From: Macrostomum lignano
Taxonomy: Eukaryota
DNA length: 51,515 nt
Direction of reading: 5' to 3'
NCBI GenBank assembly: GCA_002269645.1
Contig: NIVC01003241.1
Location: 1 to 51,515, forward strand
Below, one piece after another: positions 1 to 11,636 of this stretch. The stretch's first letter is position 1; every line of letters begins with the position of its first letter. Made by a program: the position numbers and the translations under genes. The notes under the pieces were generated by a model. That model saw nothing but the letters and a program-made list of their open reading frames with translations, made no database searches and was not told the origin of the DNA.

Positions 1-2270
1 TGATCGGCTGGTATTCGGCATGAGTAGCGATGCGATTCGCTCCAAGTTGTTAGAGAGTGCGAACAACTCCTACAAGGCGCTGACCACCCTGGCTATTTCC
101 TTGGAGACTTCGCAGAGATCTTCAAGCGAAATGTCGCTACTGTCGTCTACACACCGAGTCACGGCTCAACCAGCTGCGACCGCACGCCCCAGCAGCAGGC
201 AAGCCAACTCGATCAGACCATCTGCCGGCGCGGCATCGCCCGAGACTAACCGTTGCGACAGCTGCGGAGGCTCTCATTCGCGACAGTCCTGCAGGCATCG
301 CAGCGCCAAGTGCCACGGCTGCGGCAGGCTCGGTCATCTCAAGAAGGTCTGCCGTTCATCCAATGCCTCCATCAAGATGGTAGACGAGTCTGACTCCGCC
401 ACAGAGGACGAACAGGAAGAGGAGCCCATCTTCCACGTATCGAACGCCTCCCGGTTGGCCATCATGGTGCCTCTACAGGTGGAAAAGACGCTGACGCAGT
501 TTGAGCTGGACACCGGATTAGCTGTCAGCTTGGCACCAAAGTCCTACTACGACCAGCCTCTCAGCCACCTACCGCTGCGCCCATCGAGGACCACACTGCG
601 TACCTACACTGACCAGGAGTTTGCCCGCTCGGCGAGGTGACCGTCAGTATCAACTATGAGGGACAGTCCTATGCGCTGCCATTGCTCATCGTATCCTAAG
701 GCGGCGCTCGGCTCCTTGGCCGCAACTGGCTGAAGACCATCCGACTGGATTGGCCCCGCTTGACTGCTCCAGTCAACGCCGTAGCGGAGAACCCCAACGA
801 CATCGCTGCAGAAATGATTCAGCAGTTTCCAGACGTCTTCGCGGACAAACTGGAAAAGTAGCGCCTGGAGGAGGTGAAGTTGCACGTCCAGGACAGCGCC
901 ACGCCCCGTTTCTACAAGGCCCGGTCAGTACCTTACGCCCTGCGTGACAGCGTAGACAATGAGCTGCATCGAATGGAGGCAGAGGGCGTCATCACTTCAA
1001 GCACCACCTCCGACTGGGCGGCGCCGATTGTTCCGGTCGTTGAGGATGGCTCGGTGCGCATATGCGGAGACTACAAATGCACCTTCAACCGCGTGGCCAA
1101 GCAGGAGCACTATCCATTGCCAATGATCGAGGACCTGTTAGCGCGGCTGGGCGGCGGATCATCGGCGGCTCCCCGGACTGCTGGGCCCGGACAAGGAAAT
1201 CCCGACGCGCGCTGCTGCCAGAATGCAGAGGTGGGCCATCCAACTATCGGGCAACCAGTACTCGATGGAGTTCCGGCCCACAGAGAAGCACAGAAACTGC
1301 GATTCCCTCTCTCGCCTGCCGCTCAAGGGCAACTTCATCGAGGAAGTCGCGGTGCACTCACTCGAATCGTCCTCCAGAGCGAGCGCTTGCCGCTCAAGGG
1401 CAACTTCATCGAGGAAGCCGCGGTGCACTCGCTCGCTCTGGAGGACGATTCGAGCGTCGCAGTTACTGCTGCTGCCATTGCCAAGGCAGCTCAAGCCGAC
1501 ACGACACTATCGAAGCTGCTGTGGGCCCTGCGGTCGGGACAGGAGCTTCCAGCTAACGATTTCCTGGACTTCGCCCATCGTCGAACAGAGCTTTCAGTCG
1601 AAGCCGGTTGTGTGCTGATGGGATCTCGCGTCGTTATCCCGGACACCCTGCGCCAGTCGGTGCTGCGGGAGCTGCATCTGGCGCATCCCGGTGCGAGCCG
1701 AATGAAGGCCCTCGCATGGAGTTTCGTCTGTCTGGTGGCCCGGGCTAGACAAGGAACTGGAGCAGCTCGAGAGAGAGTGCGATACCTGCAGAGCTCATCA
1801 GGCAGACCCAGCAAAGGCTCCAGTGCATCCCTGGCTGTTCCCCAACGAACCATGGAGCAGCCTACATGTCGAGTTCGCCGGCCCCGTCAACGGTCGAATG
1901 TACATCGTTATTGTCGACACCTACAGCAAATGGCCCGAAGTTCGCCTCGTCAGCGACACGTCTGCTGGCGGGACCATCGGACATCTCCGTGACGTATTCT
2001 GCCACTTGGGCCTGCCAAGGATTCTCGTATCCGACAACGGCCCCCAGTTTGCCTCTCGTGAGTTCGCTGATTTTATGCGTAGCAACGGGATCCGGCACGT
2101 GACATCAGCGCCCTACCACCCGGCCACCAACGGGCAGGCCGAGAGATCGTGCAGACGCTAAAATTCCACATCAGGAAGGTGGGTCACTCTGCGGAAGCCA
2201 TGCAGCACTTCCTGTTTGCCTACCGGATTCAAGCACCGGTGCCTCACCAAGCGAACTGCTATTCGGTGCT
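1..2270 (+). mobile_element. Decayed Ty3/Gypsy LTR retrotransposon gag-pol (K02A2.6-like), internally deleted, 5' end outside window
   Basis: Gag zinc knuckles CDSCGGSHSRQSC and CHGCGRLGHLKKVC; protease LDTG; RT start WAAPIVPV..DGSVRICGDYK..YPLP; RNase H end DH..IPTRAAARMQRWAIQL; integrase Zn-binding ELHLAHPG and core HVEFAGP..IVDTYSKWPEV..SDNGPQF..SAPYHPATNGQAER. Several frameshifts and stops; most of RT/RNase H is missing. Confidence 0.93.
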
Positions 2271-2635
2271 GTGGGCAATTAAGCCCGAGTAGAGTAAATT
2301 TATTTTGAGCATTTGTATGTCATAGAGTATTCGCGAGGTTCAGGGTCTCGCATCTCAATTCTTTGCCTGGCGGCACAGCTGCAAAATAAAAAGAGGTAAC
2401 ACAACGGACCAAGACCGGAGCTAGTTGCTCACGGCCCATAATATCTAACACAACCATAAGGACATTGTTTTTGTTCGTTTATTGTGTTCCATCAAGAAAC
2501 AATTCCATCAAGAAGTATCCAGCTACCGGTGCCGGTGGTAGCAAAGTCGTGCAAGAAAAGCTGCCTCTAGTCGCGACAAAGAGGGCTGATGCAAGCAATG
2601 AAGCTGCCAGACCTAATGGCGGAGTTGCAACGAGC

Positions 2636-3335
2636 ATGGCTGACATCGAGAAAGTGGAGAACGGGAAGAACTTCCGACGCTGGTTTGATCGATTTGCTGT
2701 TGCCGCACGCTTCTACAGGTGGTCGGCCGATGAGAAAGCGGAAGTCCTGTTAATGAGACTGTCGCCGACACTGTATGACACTCTGTCTGACCAAATGGCG
2801 CCGGACCTGGAGCTACGTCCTTGCCGAGTGCTACAGTTTTCAAAACACAAAGCGCGAACCCACAGAATCTGTACGGAGTTTCACAGAACGACTGCTAAAA
2901 GCTTCTGACAAATGTGAGTTAAACAATTGGGATGAAAGACTCAGAGATCAGTTTATTTGTGGGTTGAATGAGAAGAACATTCTGGCAAAATTGCTAGTGA
3001 TGGATCATAAAAAGCTGTTGTTCAAAGACGCAGTAGCCGATGCCGAAGCCTATTCGTCATTGAAAGCGACTCAAATCATGCAGTCAGCTCCGACAGCAAT
3101 AGGCGGAATCTGTGATGAAAGTCTTTGACAAAAGGACTTCTGAACAGCGGCGGCAGAGGGGTCAGAGGAAGAAGAGGCACCCACCTGCTAATCATGCTGA
3201 CTCACAGAGCAGCACAGGACGATGTTCTCGTTGTGGGGGTCCGCCAGCACGACAAGACAGCTTGCCCAGCGAATGGGAAAACATGCAGAAAATGCGGATA
3301 GGCTAATCATTTTGAAAAGCTGTGTCGAACGAAAG
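2636..3335 (+). mobile_element. Second LTR-retrotransposon gag remnant (frameshifted, truncated before pol)
   Basis: NFRRWFDRF..EKAEVLL, Q..ESVRSFTERLLKASDKCEL..ERLRDQFICGL (retrotransposon gag signature), then a broken knuckle CSRCGG..CPANGKTCRKCG*ANHFEKLC. Confidence 0.85.
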
Positions 3336-3469
3336 GATCCAGTCAGCATCACTACGTGTCCCAAGAAAGTGATCTACAGGATGTGCTCCACGCTACTTCC
3401 CCGGTAGGAAAGAGCGTTGCGACTTCCGTGAAGCTGAACTGTTTGGTGAAGGGACAAGAAAGACCAGTA

Positions 3470-4075
3470 AATTGCCTGAAGGGTGATGACTGAAGGCTCG
3501 AGAGACTAGCTGAGAATGTCCGGCAGTTGAGGTTTGCCCATTATTAAAGCTTGATAAGAAAAATCTGACAGGTTCCAACAGGATGTCCATAGTCACCAGG
3601 TGTAATCTGTTGAAGGTGCCGACGGCGTCGGGGTGATGACTGAAGGCTCGAGAGACTAGCTGAGAATGTCCGGCAGTTGAGGTTTGCCCAATATTGAAGC
3701 TTGATAAGAAATACCTGACATATTTGCAACAGGATGCCCATAGTCACCTGGTGTAATCTGTTGAAGGTGCCGACGGCGTCGGCGTGATGAATGAAGGCTC
3801 GAGAGACTAGCTGAGAATGTCCGGCAGTTGAGTTTTGCCCGGGAGGCAAAAATTGCTTGATCAGCGAAACTAGAAAAATTCTTATCAGGCTGTCCATAGT
3901 CACCTGGTGTAATCTGTTGAAGGAGCCGACGGCGTCGGGATGATGACGGAATGCTTTAGAGACTAGCTGAGAATGTCTGGCGGTCGATTCTTGCCCACTG
4001 TCGAGGCTTGATCGGCGAAACTAGAGAAATCCGCATCAGGGTGTCCATAGTCACCTGGTGCCACAGCTGTTGAGG
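3470..4075. repeat. Degenerate tandem repeat, ~150-bp unit x4
   Basis: Motif g(g/c)gtgatga(c/a)tgaaggctcgagagactagctgagaatgtc recurs at 3481, 3631, 3781 and ~3938. Confidence 0.85.
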
Positions 4076-5243
4076 GTTCAGAAGCTCCACCTGGGTGAAG
4101 GCTAGTGACTAACGAAGTCAGAACTGATGCAGACACATGTGGTCGACGTGCTGATGAAATTTGGAGACTTGGCAAGGCTGCACTGAGGCGCAGTGCTAAT
4201 TGGCGCACAGGGGTGTACTGAATACACTAGCGCTTATGGGAAAAATCCGACCTTCTGGCAGAATCGTCGAATATCTCGACGGTCCGGAGGGCTGGCGACT
4301 TGATTCTTGTTTGAGAAGCTAGGTGCGCAACAAAAAGTTGCCCACGTTCTTGAATTTCGTGTGCCTGCGTTGCTCCGTTCTGGCCCAGCAAAAAAATTGT
4401 CAGGGGGGGAATCCCCCCGTCTTTGGTGTGGTTCTACTGTTAGAAAGGTTTCGTAGAAGTTAAGTTAGAGTAACGAATATTTAGTAGAATATACGTAAAC
4501 TAAATACGTACTTGAAATTTATACTCAGCAACAGTGAAAAGTTGCCACTCTATGCGCCAGTGAGCAATTTATCTTAGAAGTAAAAGGTTGTGCGAGAAAA
4601 CTCAGGGGTAGCTTTAATCCGTCCAACCCTTGCACACCGCTCCCCCGACTTTCATTCTTCAACTCAAGTCTGCCGCGGTGTACCTGAGTTGCATCACTCG
4701 CAAAGAATGAGAGACTTTACCTGCACTCTCAAAAGTGGGGACCACAGACGGAATCTTTTGTGATGGCGACTTCGATTTTGCTGAGTATACGTATCTTTAT
4801 TTACGAACAATTAACGTTTAATTTACGTTTTTAAAACAACCATTGTTGGCAAGTTGTTGCACTGTTTGATGCATGCAGGGATTCCCCGAGCGATATATTC
4901 AAGATCGATATTCGGAAATATAACAAAAATCTCTGCTTTTTGCCTACCAATAGAATGTGACTTTGTTTCTTTTGAATTTCAACTCTGTGCATGTGCGTCA
5001 TTTGGGGACAATTTTGGCCATAGACAGTCTGAATTGAAATTCATCTGTTTCAATAGAAAAAAACTTTGTTTGAATTGATTTTTTGCAAGGGCTGTCATTT
5101 CCTAAAGTGTTTGAATTGAAGTTCTGCTTGTTTCTTTTGAACATGACTTTGTTCAAAGTAGGAGGTAAAATGGTATATTTCTATTATGTTTAGCAACAAA
5201 AATAACTTTGGACCTAATCAAATTTCTTATTTTCTACTACCAG

Positions 5244-5505
5244 GGGCCTTTTCATATTGCTTGTTCTGGTTCCAGAACCAGAACCAATTTGTGAAGTATA
5301 ACTTTTTGTCTCCATAACTAGATGGAGATACGTGCTATAAAGTTTTTATTATTGAATGACAATCGCCAAGAAGAAAGTGAAAAATTGTGCTAAGTGAGGT
5401 TGTTAAGGCAGTCAAACATACAACAGAATTAAATAGTTATACTGCTGTTTTTCTTGGAAGATCCGAACCGATTCTGATTCTGGAATTGGTAATATGAAAA
5501 GCCTC
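5244..5505. mobile_element. PIF/Harbinger-like MITE
   Basis: Imperfect TIRs gggccttttcatatt / aatatgaaaagcctc (13/15), subterminal ttccagaaccagaacc / gattctgattctggaa, and a 3-bp CAG duplication at 5241-5243 and 5506-5508. Confidence 0.6.
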
Positions 5506-6369
5506 CAGTAGAGTATCGTAAAGCAGCTCTACTTTTGAAAACAGAGAAAATGATTTTCTATCATTATATTCAAAATTAAAGCAGAATATATAAATCAATA
5601 TTATAGACTTATAGTAGAACTAAGGGCCTAAATCTGGAGATTTTTGTATCTGCTATATATATCTGCATTGATTCTGCAATAATAGTAATCTGCATCTGCA
5701 TCCACATTTTATTATGCGAATCTGTTCTATATCCATATCCATTTTTACAGCGGTATTTAGTTCATACTAATTCATAGGCCTATTTAGTCATGGTATTTAG
5801 TTCATACCACCCAAAATTGTAATATAATAGCCAAGCCATAGTCTGTTTTGTTTTGTTTGTTTTTTGAAAAGTGTGAAAACTTTTATATTTTCATCATTTT
5901 TAATTTAATTTTAATATCTTTATTTATAATATATATATTAAAAAAATTATAATTAAAAAATTAAAAGCTTATAAAGCTTTGTTTAAAATACTCCCTTCAT
6001 TAGTTCCTAAGTTATTTATTTTATATTTGGTAAAAAGTATTACTTAAAATATCTAGTAATACTTTAAATACATGTAATTCTTTTAGGTCTAGAAAGTTGC
6101 TTGTATGTTAAAATAATCCTAATATATATTTTTATTTCTAGTTAAAAACCTTATCAACCTAGGGCTAGCCTATTAGAATATAATTTTAGATCTTGTAGAT
6201 GTGTAGTACATGTTAATAAACATTATCTAATGATATAATTATTATATATTGAAATAGATACATAAGACTTTAAGAACAATTTTCTAGCTAACCTAAATTT
6301 ATTTACATAATAAATAGCTAATAATATGCTTTGCAGCCATTTAGCCAATTTGACTATTGTTGGCAGGCT

Positions 6370-9300
6370 ATGCTATGCCTGCTTGTGGCTTATGTTACCA
6401 TGGCAACTATGGTCATTAGTAGCACATTGGGTCAGACTATTGTTTGCAATCAAAGTATTGGCACTGATTGGACAAAATTGCCAGCATCATTGCAATTAGT
6501 TGTCAACAGTAGCACTACCATAAGCTTGAGATTTGATTCAACTACAACAAATTCAATTGAACCTAATGCTACATTGTCCAACTGTAGTGTATCTGTCATG
6601 GCAGGATTTGACCAACCATTGGAAGGCTACTTTGTATTGACAGTTCTGTCTGGCTAGTTTACCAATTGGAAGCCAAGCTGTACTTCGTGAATCATCACCA
6701 GATGGTGTCATACTGTGGGATTCTAGCATATCAAGTTTAGTTTATCATCAATTTGCTACAGAATTTCAACATAGACAATTTTATGCTTCAATTCTAATTA
6801 AATCTGTCAATATTGGCATTGCTACATTGGTGCTTGGAGTGCAGTTTGTTGCTGCTAGCCAGTGTCCAGATGGTTGGCACCTGTCTGATGATTATTGCTA
6901 TGGAGTACCAAGGTGAGAAAGAATGTCTTGAGTTTTTTATTTTTAATACTAGAAAAAACTTGATTCTCTGTATGCTAATACTATAGTATTTTTCTTATAC
7001 TATGTGTATTCTCCTTAAAAATATTTATCAACATAAACTAATCTATTAGGGTCTTGAAATTGAGCAATTAACAGTCCTAATTCATTCTATGTAAATTTTC
7101 TTGCCTCTACTAAGTACTCATAGTAGCCTCTATTGGGTAGGGAGATTATATTTTATCGTAGCTATCATAGCTGGAAATGAAAGAAAAAAGATAAAATATG
7201 CACTTCCACGTCACGTGACTGCTCTCCGCTATAGTTAGCCAATTCATGCATGCGCAACCCTCCTGATTTACAGCTGCCGACTTACCTATGAGAGAAACCT
7301 AGGAATAAAGTTAACGTAATTTTGGGTGAACGGCAAGAGTAACCATTACTGTTTTATTAAGGCCAACTGCCTTGTCATCTAATTAGTACTAGGCTGTACT
7401 ATTCAAGTAGGCATTTTTGCGACTTACCTTGGCTAGACCCCTTTTTAAAGGCCGAAAGTAGCAAATCATTTTTAGTAGATAGATGTACATAAATAATATA
7501 GTAATGATGTACACATGCTATAGCTAACAGTGAACTTATAATTATTGCAATACTTATTTGTTAGACTGTCAACACCGGTGTCATTTGACGCTGCAGTCAC
7601 TGGCTGCATGCTGCTCCGGTCTAATCTGGCTATCCAGCACCAATCGCTGGCCGACTTTGATGCGGCTCTATCAGGCTCCGGTCAGTCTGTTGTTGGGCAA
7701 GCCTACTGGATTGGGGCCAAGAGATTCGATTTGGCTGATTCCGCTGCAGAATATCTGAATGGTCGGGAGTTGACTGTCAGGTAGGATTTCTTGTATGTTA
7801 ATGTGGAATAGCTAGGGCTTTTCAGTTCGGGTTTTTTTCATAGAGTATTGAAGTCTTAAAAATCCCAGAAACTATAAAATACATCTTCGAATCAATAATT
7901 TAGGGGTTGTGGCCTAGTATTTAGAGCGCCGGAATCACGGCTTGAAGATTGGAGGCCCGATTCCCGACCCCTCTCGAAACAATTTGTCCTTGAGCAAGAC
8001 ACTTATGGTAACTCTGCTGTCGGTTGCACATCTGACCTAAGTGGGACAGATTTAATCAATCATTAAATTATTTTTATCAATATTATTCGAATCAAGTATT
8101 CAAGAAGTTTACAGAAATTATGGATCTTTAAGTTAAATGGATTCCAACTTGAAAAAAACGGGGTGCCAATTTGGCATCCGGGGTCTGAATTCAAGATGCC
8201 AAAAATAAATTTGATGTGATATGACGCACGCTTTGGCAAAATAAGACCCAGCTTCATTAAATTTAAAATAATTCAAATTATTTACGCATATCAAGGATAT
8301 GCGCAAGTTGACATGGAGAGACGGGTACAAAGACAGCTAGATAGACCGTAGGAGGAGACAGGAAGACAGGTAGGGCAAGGAGACAGGCAGACAGGTAGGG
8401 AAAAAAGACAGACAGACAGGTAGGGCAAGGAGACAGGAAGACAGGTAGGGCAAGGAGACAGGAAGACAGGTAGGGAAAGGAGACAGGAAGACAGGTAGGG
8501 AAATGAGACAGGAAGACAGGTAGGGAAAGGAGACAGACAGACAGGTAGGGAAATGAGACAGACAGACAGGTAGGGAAATGAGACAGGAAGACAGGTAGGG
8601 AAAGGAGACAGGAAGACAAGCAGGAAAAGTAGACAGGCAGACAGGTAGGAAAAGTAGACAAGCGGAAGTCTTTATACGACTTATATTGATAATAATAGTA
8701 TAATTAGACAAGATTTTATTACTATCTACTATTTACTATCTATCGCTGTCTCCCTAGCATTGACCGGAATTGTCCAATTGAGGATTCGACGTGCGTCTGC
8801 GTTGCCTACGAGCGTACTCAACCGGAGCCCTCCGCTGCGTCATTGCGTTTGCGCCGCTGCTCAGATAATCTACCTTACCTATGCTCAAATCTGGCCACAG
8901 GACCAGGCGCCTATTATACCAGTTTGGGTAGCGGGAAATCCAAATCTAAATTGAAATTATATCCAGCCGATTGGATTGGTATTGGATTAGTAACTGTCGC
9001 GTCCATAGCAACCGTTGCTATCTTAATTGGTTACTATGCCGTTGTCAAGCCTAAACAGAAACAACGTCATTGGAATCAGCGACGTAGAATTGTGGGCGAC
9101 GCGGACGGACTGAGTGCGTCTTATCAATCGGCATCTTGGTTGGCCCAGCAACCGCAGCCTCCGCAGCCTCATCCTTGTCATCAGCATTATTATCTTAGTC
9201 GAGACAACAGCGTAAGCGGAGGTTTCGGCTTTATCGTTGCTTCGTCTACTGTCGCTTCGTCGCTCACTGCCGCCTCGTCGACTGAGGAGTCGATGACGCT

Positions 9301-9385
9301 TGGAGCTGCCGTTGCGCCGACGCCGTTCTCTCGCCGTCAGCCCATGCCAATGCGAGACATGTCGCAGGATATTAGCCAAGTTTAG
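6370..9385 (+). CDS. Type I membrane CUB-like/C-type lectin receptor, paralog 1 (exons 6370-6912 with a frameshift near 6645, 7565-7780, 8758-9385)
   Basis: Signal peptide MLCLLVAYVTMATMVISSTLG; CTLD CPDGWHLSDDYCY..AVTGC..LA..YWIGAKR..CVCVAY..CSDNLPYLC; TM WIGIGLVTVASIATVAILIGYYAVV followed by KPKQK. Both GT-AG introns are phase 2 and join in frame. Confidence 0.8.
7903..8050 (+). mobile_element. tRNA-derived SINE (V-SINE-like core) in intron
   Basis: A-box-like tggcctagta, B-box-like gaggcccgattccc, then tgtccttgagcaagacactt resembling the V-SINE core motif. Confidence 0.6.
8335..8665. repeat. Purine-rich intronic minisatellite (~24 bp, agacaggtagggaaaggagacagg)
   Basis: Direct tandem copies visible. 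Confidence 0.9.
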
Positions 9386-9569
9386 ATTCAACTGTTAATA
9401 GGGAGATGACAAGAGACAAGAGAGCGGATCCAAGCCAATGCTGTCAAGAAATTTAACAGTCTGTGTCTCAAATTTGTAGTGTGATTGATGCAAAATCAAA
9501 CCCTGCTAAATGGTTTTGGCTGTAGGCAACCCTGGTGCAACGCCTGCGGCTACATGGGGTCCCAAAGCA

Positions 9570-9930
9570 CCGGGATGCTTGCTGTCTGGGGAATGCTTGC
9601 TATCTGGGGGATGCTTGCTGTCTGGGAAATGCTTGCTATCTGGGGGATGCTTGCTATCTGGGGGATGCTTGCTATCTGGGGGATGCTTGCTATCTGGGGG
9701 ATGCTTGCTATCTGGGGATGCTTGCTATCTGGGGGATGCTTGCTATCTGGGGGATGCTTGCTGTCTGGGAAATGCTTGCTATCTGGGAAATGCTTGCTAT
9801 CTGGGGGATGCTTGCTATCTGGGGGATGCTTGCTGTCTGGGAAATGCTTGCTATCTGGGGGGATGCTTGCTATCTGGGGGATGCTTGCTATCTGGGGGAT
9901 GCTTGCTATCTGGGGAATGCTTGCTATCTA
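9570..9930. repeat. 18-bp minisatellite (gggggatgcttgctatct), ~20 copies
   Basis: Direct tandem copies; produces spurious MLAIWG ORFs. Confidence 0.95.
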
Positions 9931-11636
9931 AGCTCTGACGGCAATTCTGCCCGTTCTGCTGACTCTTTCTGTTGACTCATACACGTGTCTTTTTATAGTT
10001 TTCTTTGTCCACTCTCTTCTCTCTGACAGATAATGCTGGAGTCACTATCGTGTTTAAAAACAAGTGCTGTTTTGCTGCACTAATTTCGTTACTAATATCT
10101 ATAGACTATAGTGTGTTTTGGTCTTTCTTCTTAGAAGTGTAAATGAGAGTGCTCCCGATTGTTATTAACATATATGACTGCACTTTTGCTTGCGTTCTTG
10201 TAGTCTTTCACTCGGACAAGCACACCCCCGTTAAAATTTGTATTCATTCAAAGCACGTGTGTTAAACTTTTAATGTAAAAATTTCCATGTAAAATGTACT
10301 TTACTTATAGTTCAGTTTTTTATCTGTACTTTTTCAAGTGTTATCTAGCTCTGCTTGCCTTTTTAAATTATCTTGACAGGGGTCAAAGGGGAAGTGCCTG
10401 CGTCCATTCCGCTAAGCCCTGTCACCATGTCTGAAGCTAAGAGCTAGCAGAGATTCTCAGGCCTGAAAACTTTGGTAATGTCTGGGTTTGGGTCGAGATA
10501 GAAGAACCTCTTTTTACTAACGAGCTTTGTTTAGATTTTTCAAAAAAATATTGCATCAATTTGAGGTGCTAATCGGTTCTAGTCAACACGAGCTTCGACT
10601 TTGTAATTTATGTAAATAAGTTTTATTAACCCGTGCTTATATTATTTACTTATTGAATCAATGCAAGCCTAAGTGTTCCAAATTTTTATTTAATGCTCAT
10701 CTCCACGTTTTTGTCTTTTTATGCTCTGGTTAATTGGTTGGTTTTGTAGTTGAGAAGCTCTTTTATTTCATACTAATATTTAAATGAGATTGCTGTGTGT
10801 TGCACTTAAAACAGTTAATATATACACTTTTCTTAGATTACTTTGTTCAGACTTTTCCTTGAATCTGCATAGAGGGGTGTTGCAGGGTAGGAATGTCCAA
10901 AATGAGGTGAAATTTTAGTCACAGGTTTGCATGCGTTTTATAGAATGATTTGAAAATCGATACTGGCATTCGCTGTCTCTGTGTCCGTCTTTCCCTGTTG
11001 GTTGGCATGCTAGAATGAAGTGCCGTTGGCTCTTCATTGATCCCAGACTCTGAATGATGTTTTCTAGTTGATGCATTGCTTCGTTTGAGTGACTGAAAAC
11101 TCAGCAGCTTAAAAGTGCACGAGTTGCTATGTGCCTCGCCTTCAGCTGCATTCGCTTGAGTTCTCATCATTTGGATGGAATCGGCTAAGAGATCGATTGA
11201 GCGCATCATCACATGACCTTAATATGGATGTCAGGACACTGTATTCGCGAAGCCAGTGATAAGCAAAACATGTCGCTCCTAATATGATTAGCACGATTAG
11301 CTTATCTTGCTGTGTACATCCTGTACATCCTTCATATGCTGAAAAGACATCTTCGGGACTCAGGAACGCTTGACGCAGCTGATGGCTCAATTGTCTCTTT
11401 CATAAACAAAAAACATAGCAATGATGCGCGTAGTAATTACTTTGTAATTTATTTGACAAAGAACTAACAGACCTAGGTAGGGCAACCAAATTTGAGGGCA
11501 GCTTTCGTTTCATGATGAATTCGTTTTATTGGATTAATTAAACTTTTCTATTGTATTTATGCCAAGTCGTCGTCTCTACTTATGCTAACAAGTTTTTAAC
11601 TAAGATATAATTTGACACGCATTATATTTAACAGCA

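Noticed and set aside
4140-4200. CTGATGA cores (also ~48968) as hammerhead ribozymes
   Set aside because: No downstream GAAA with supporting stems could be built.
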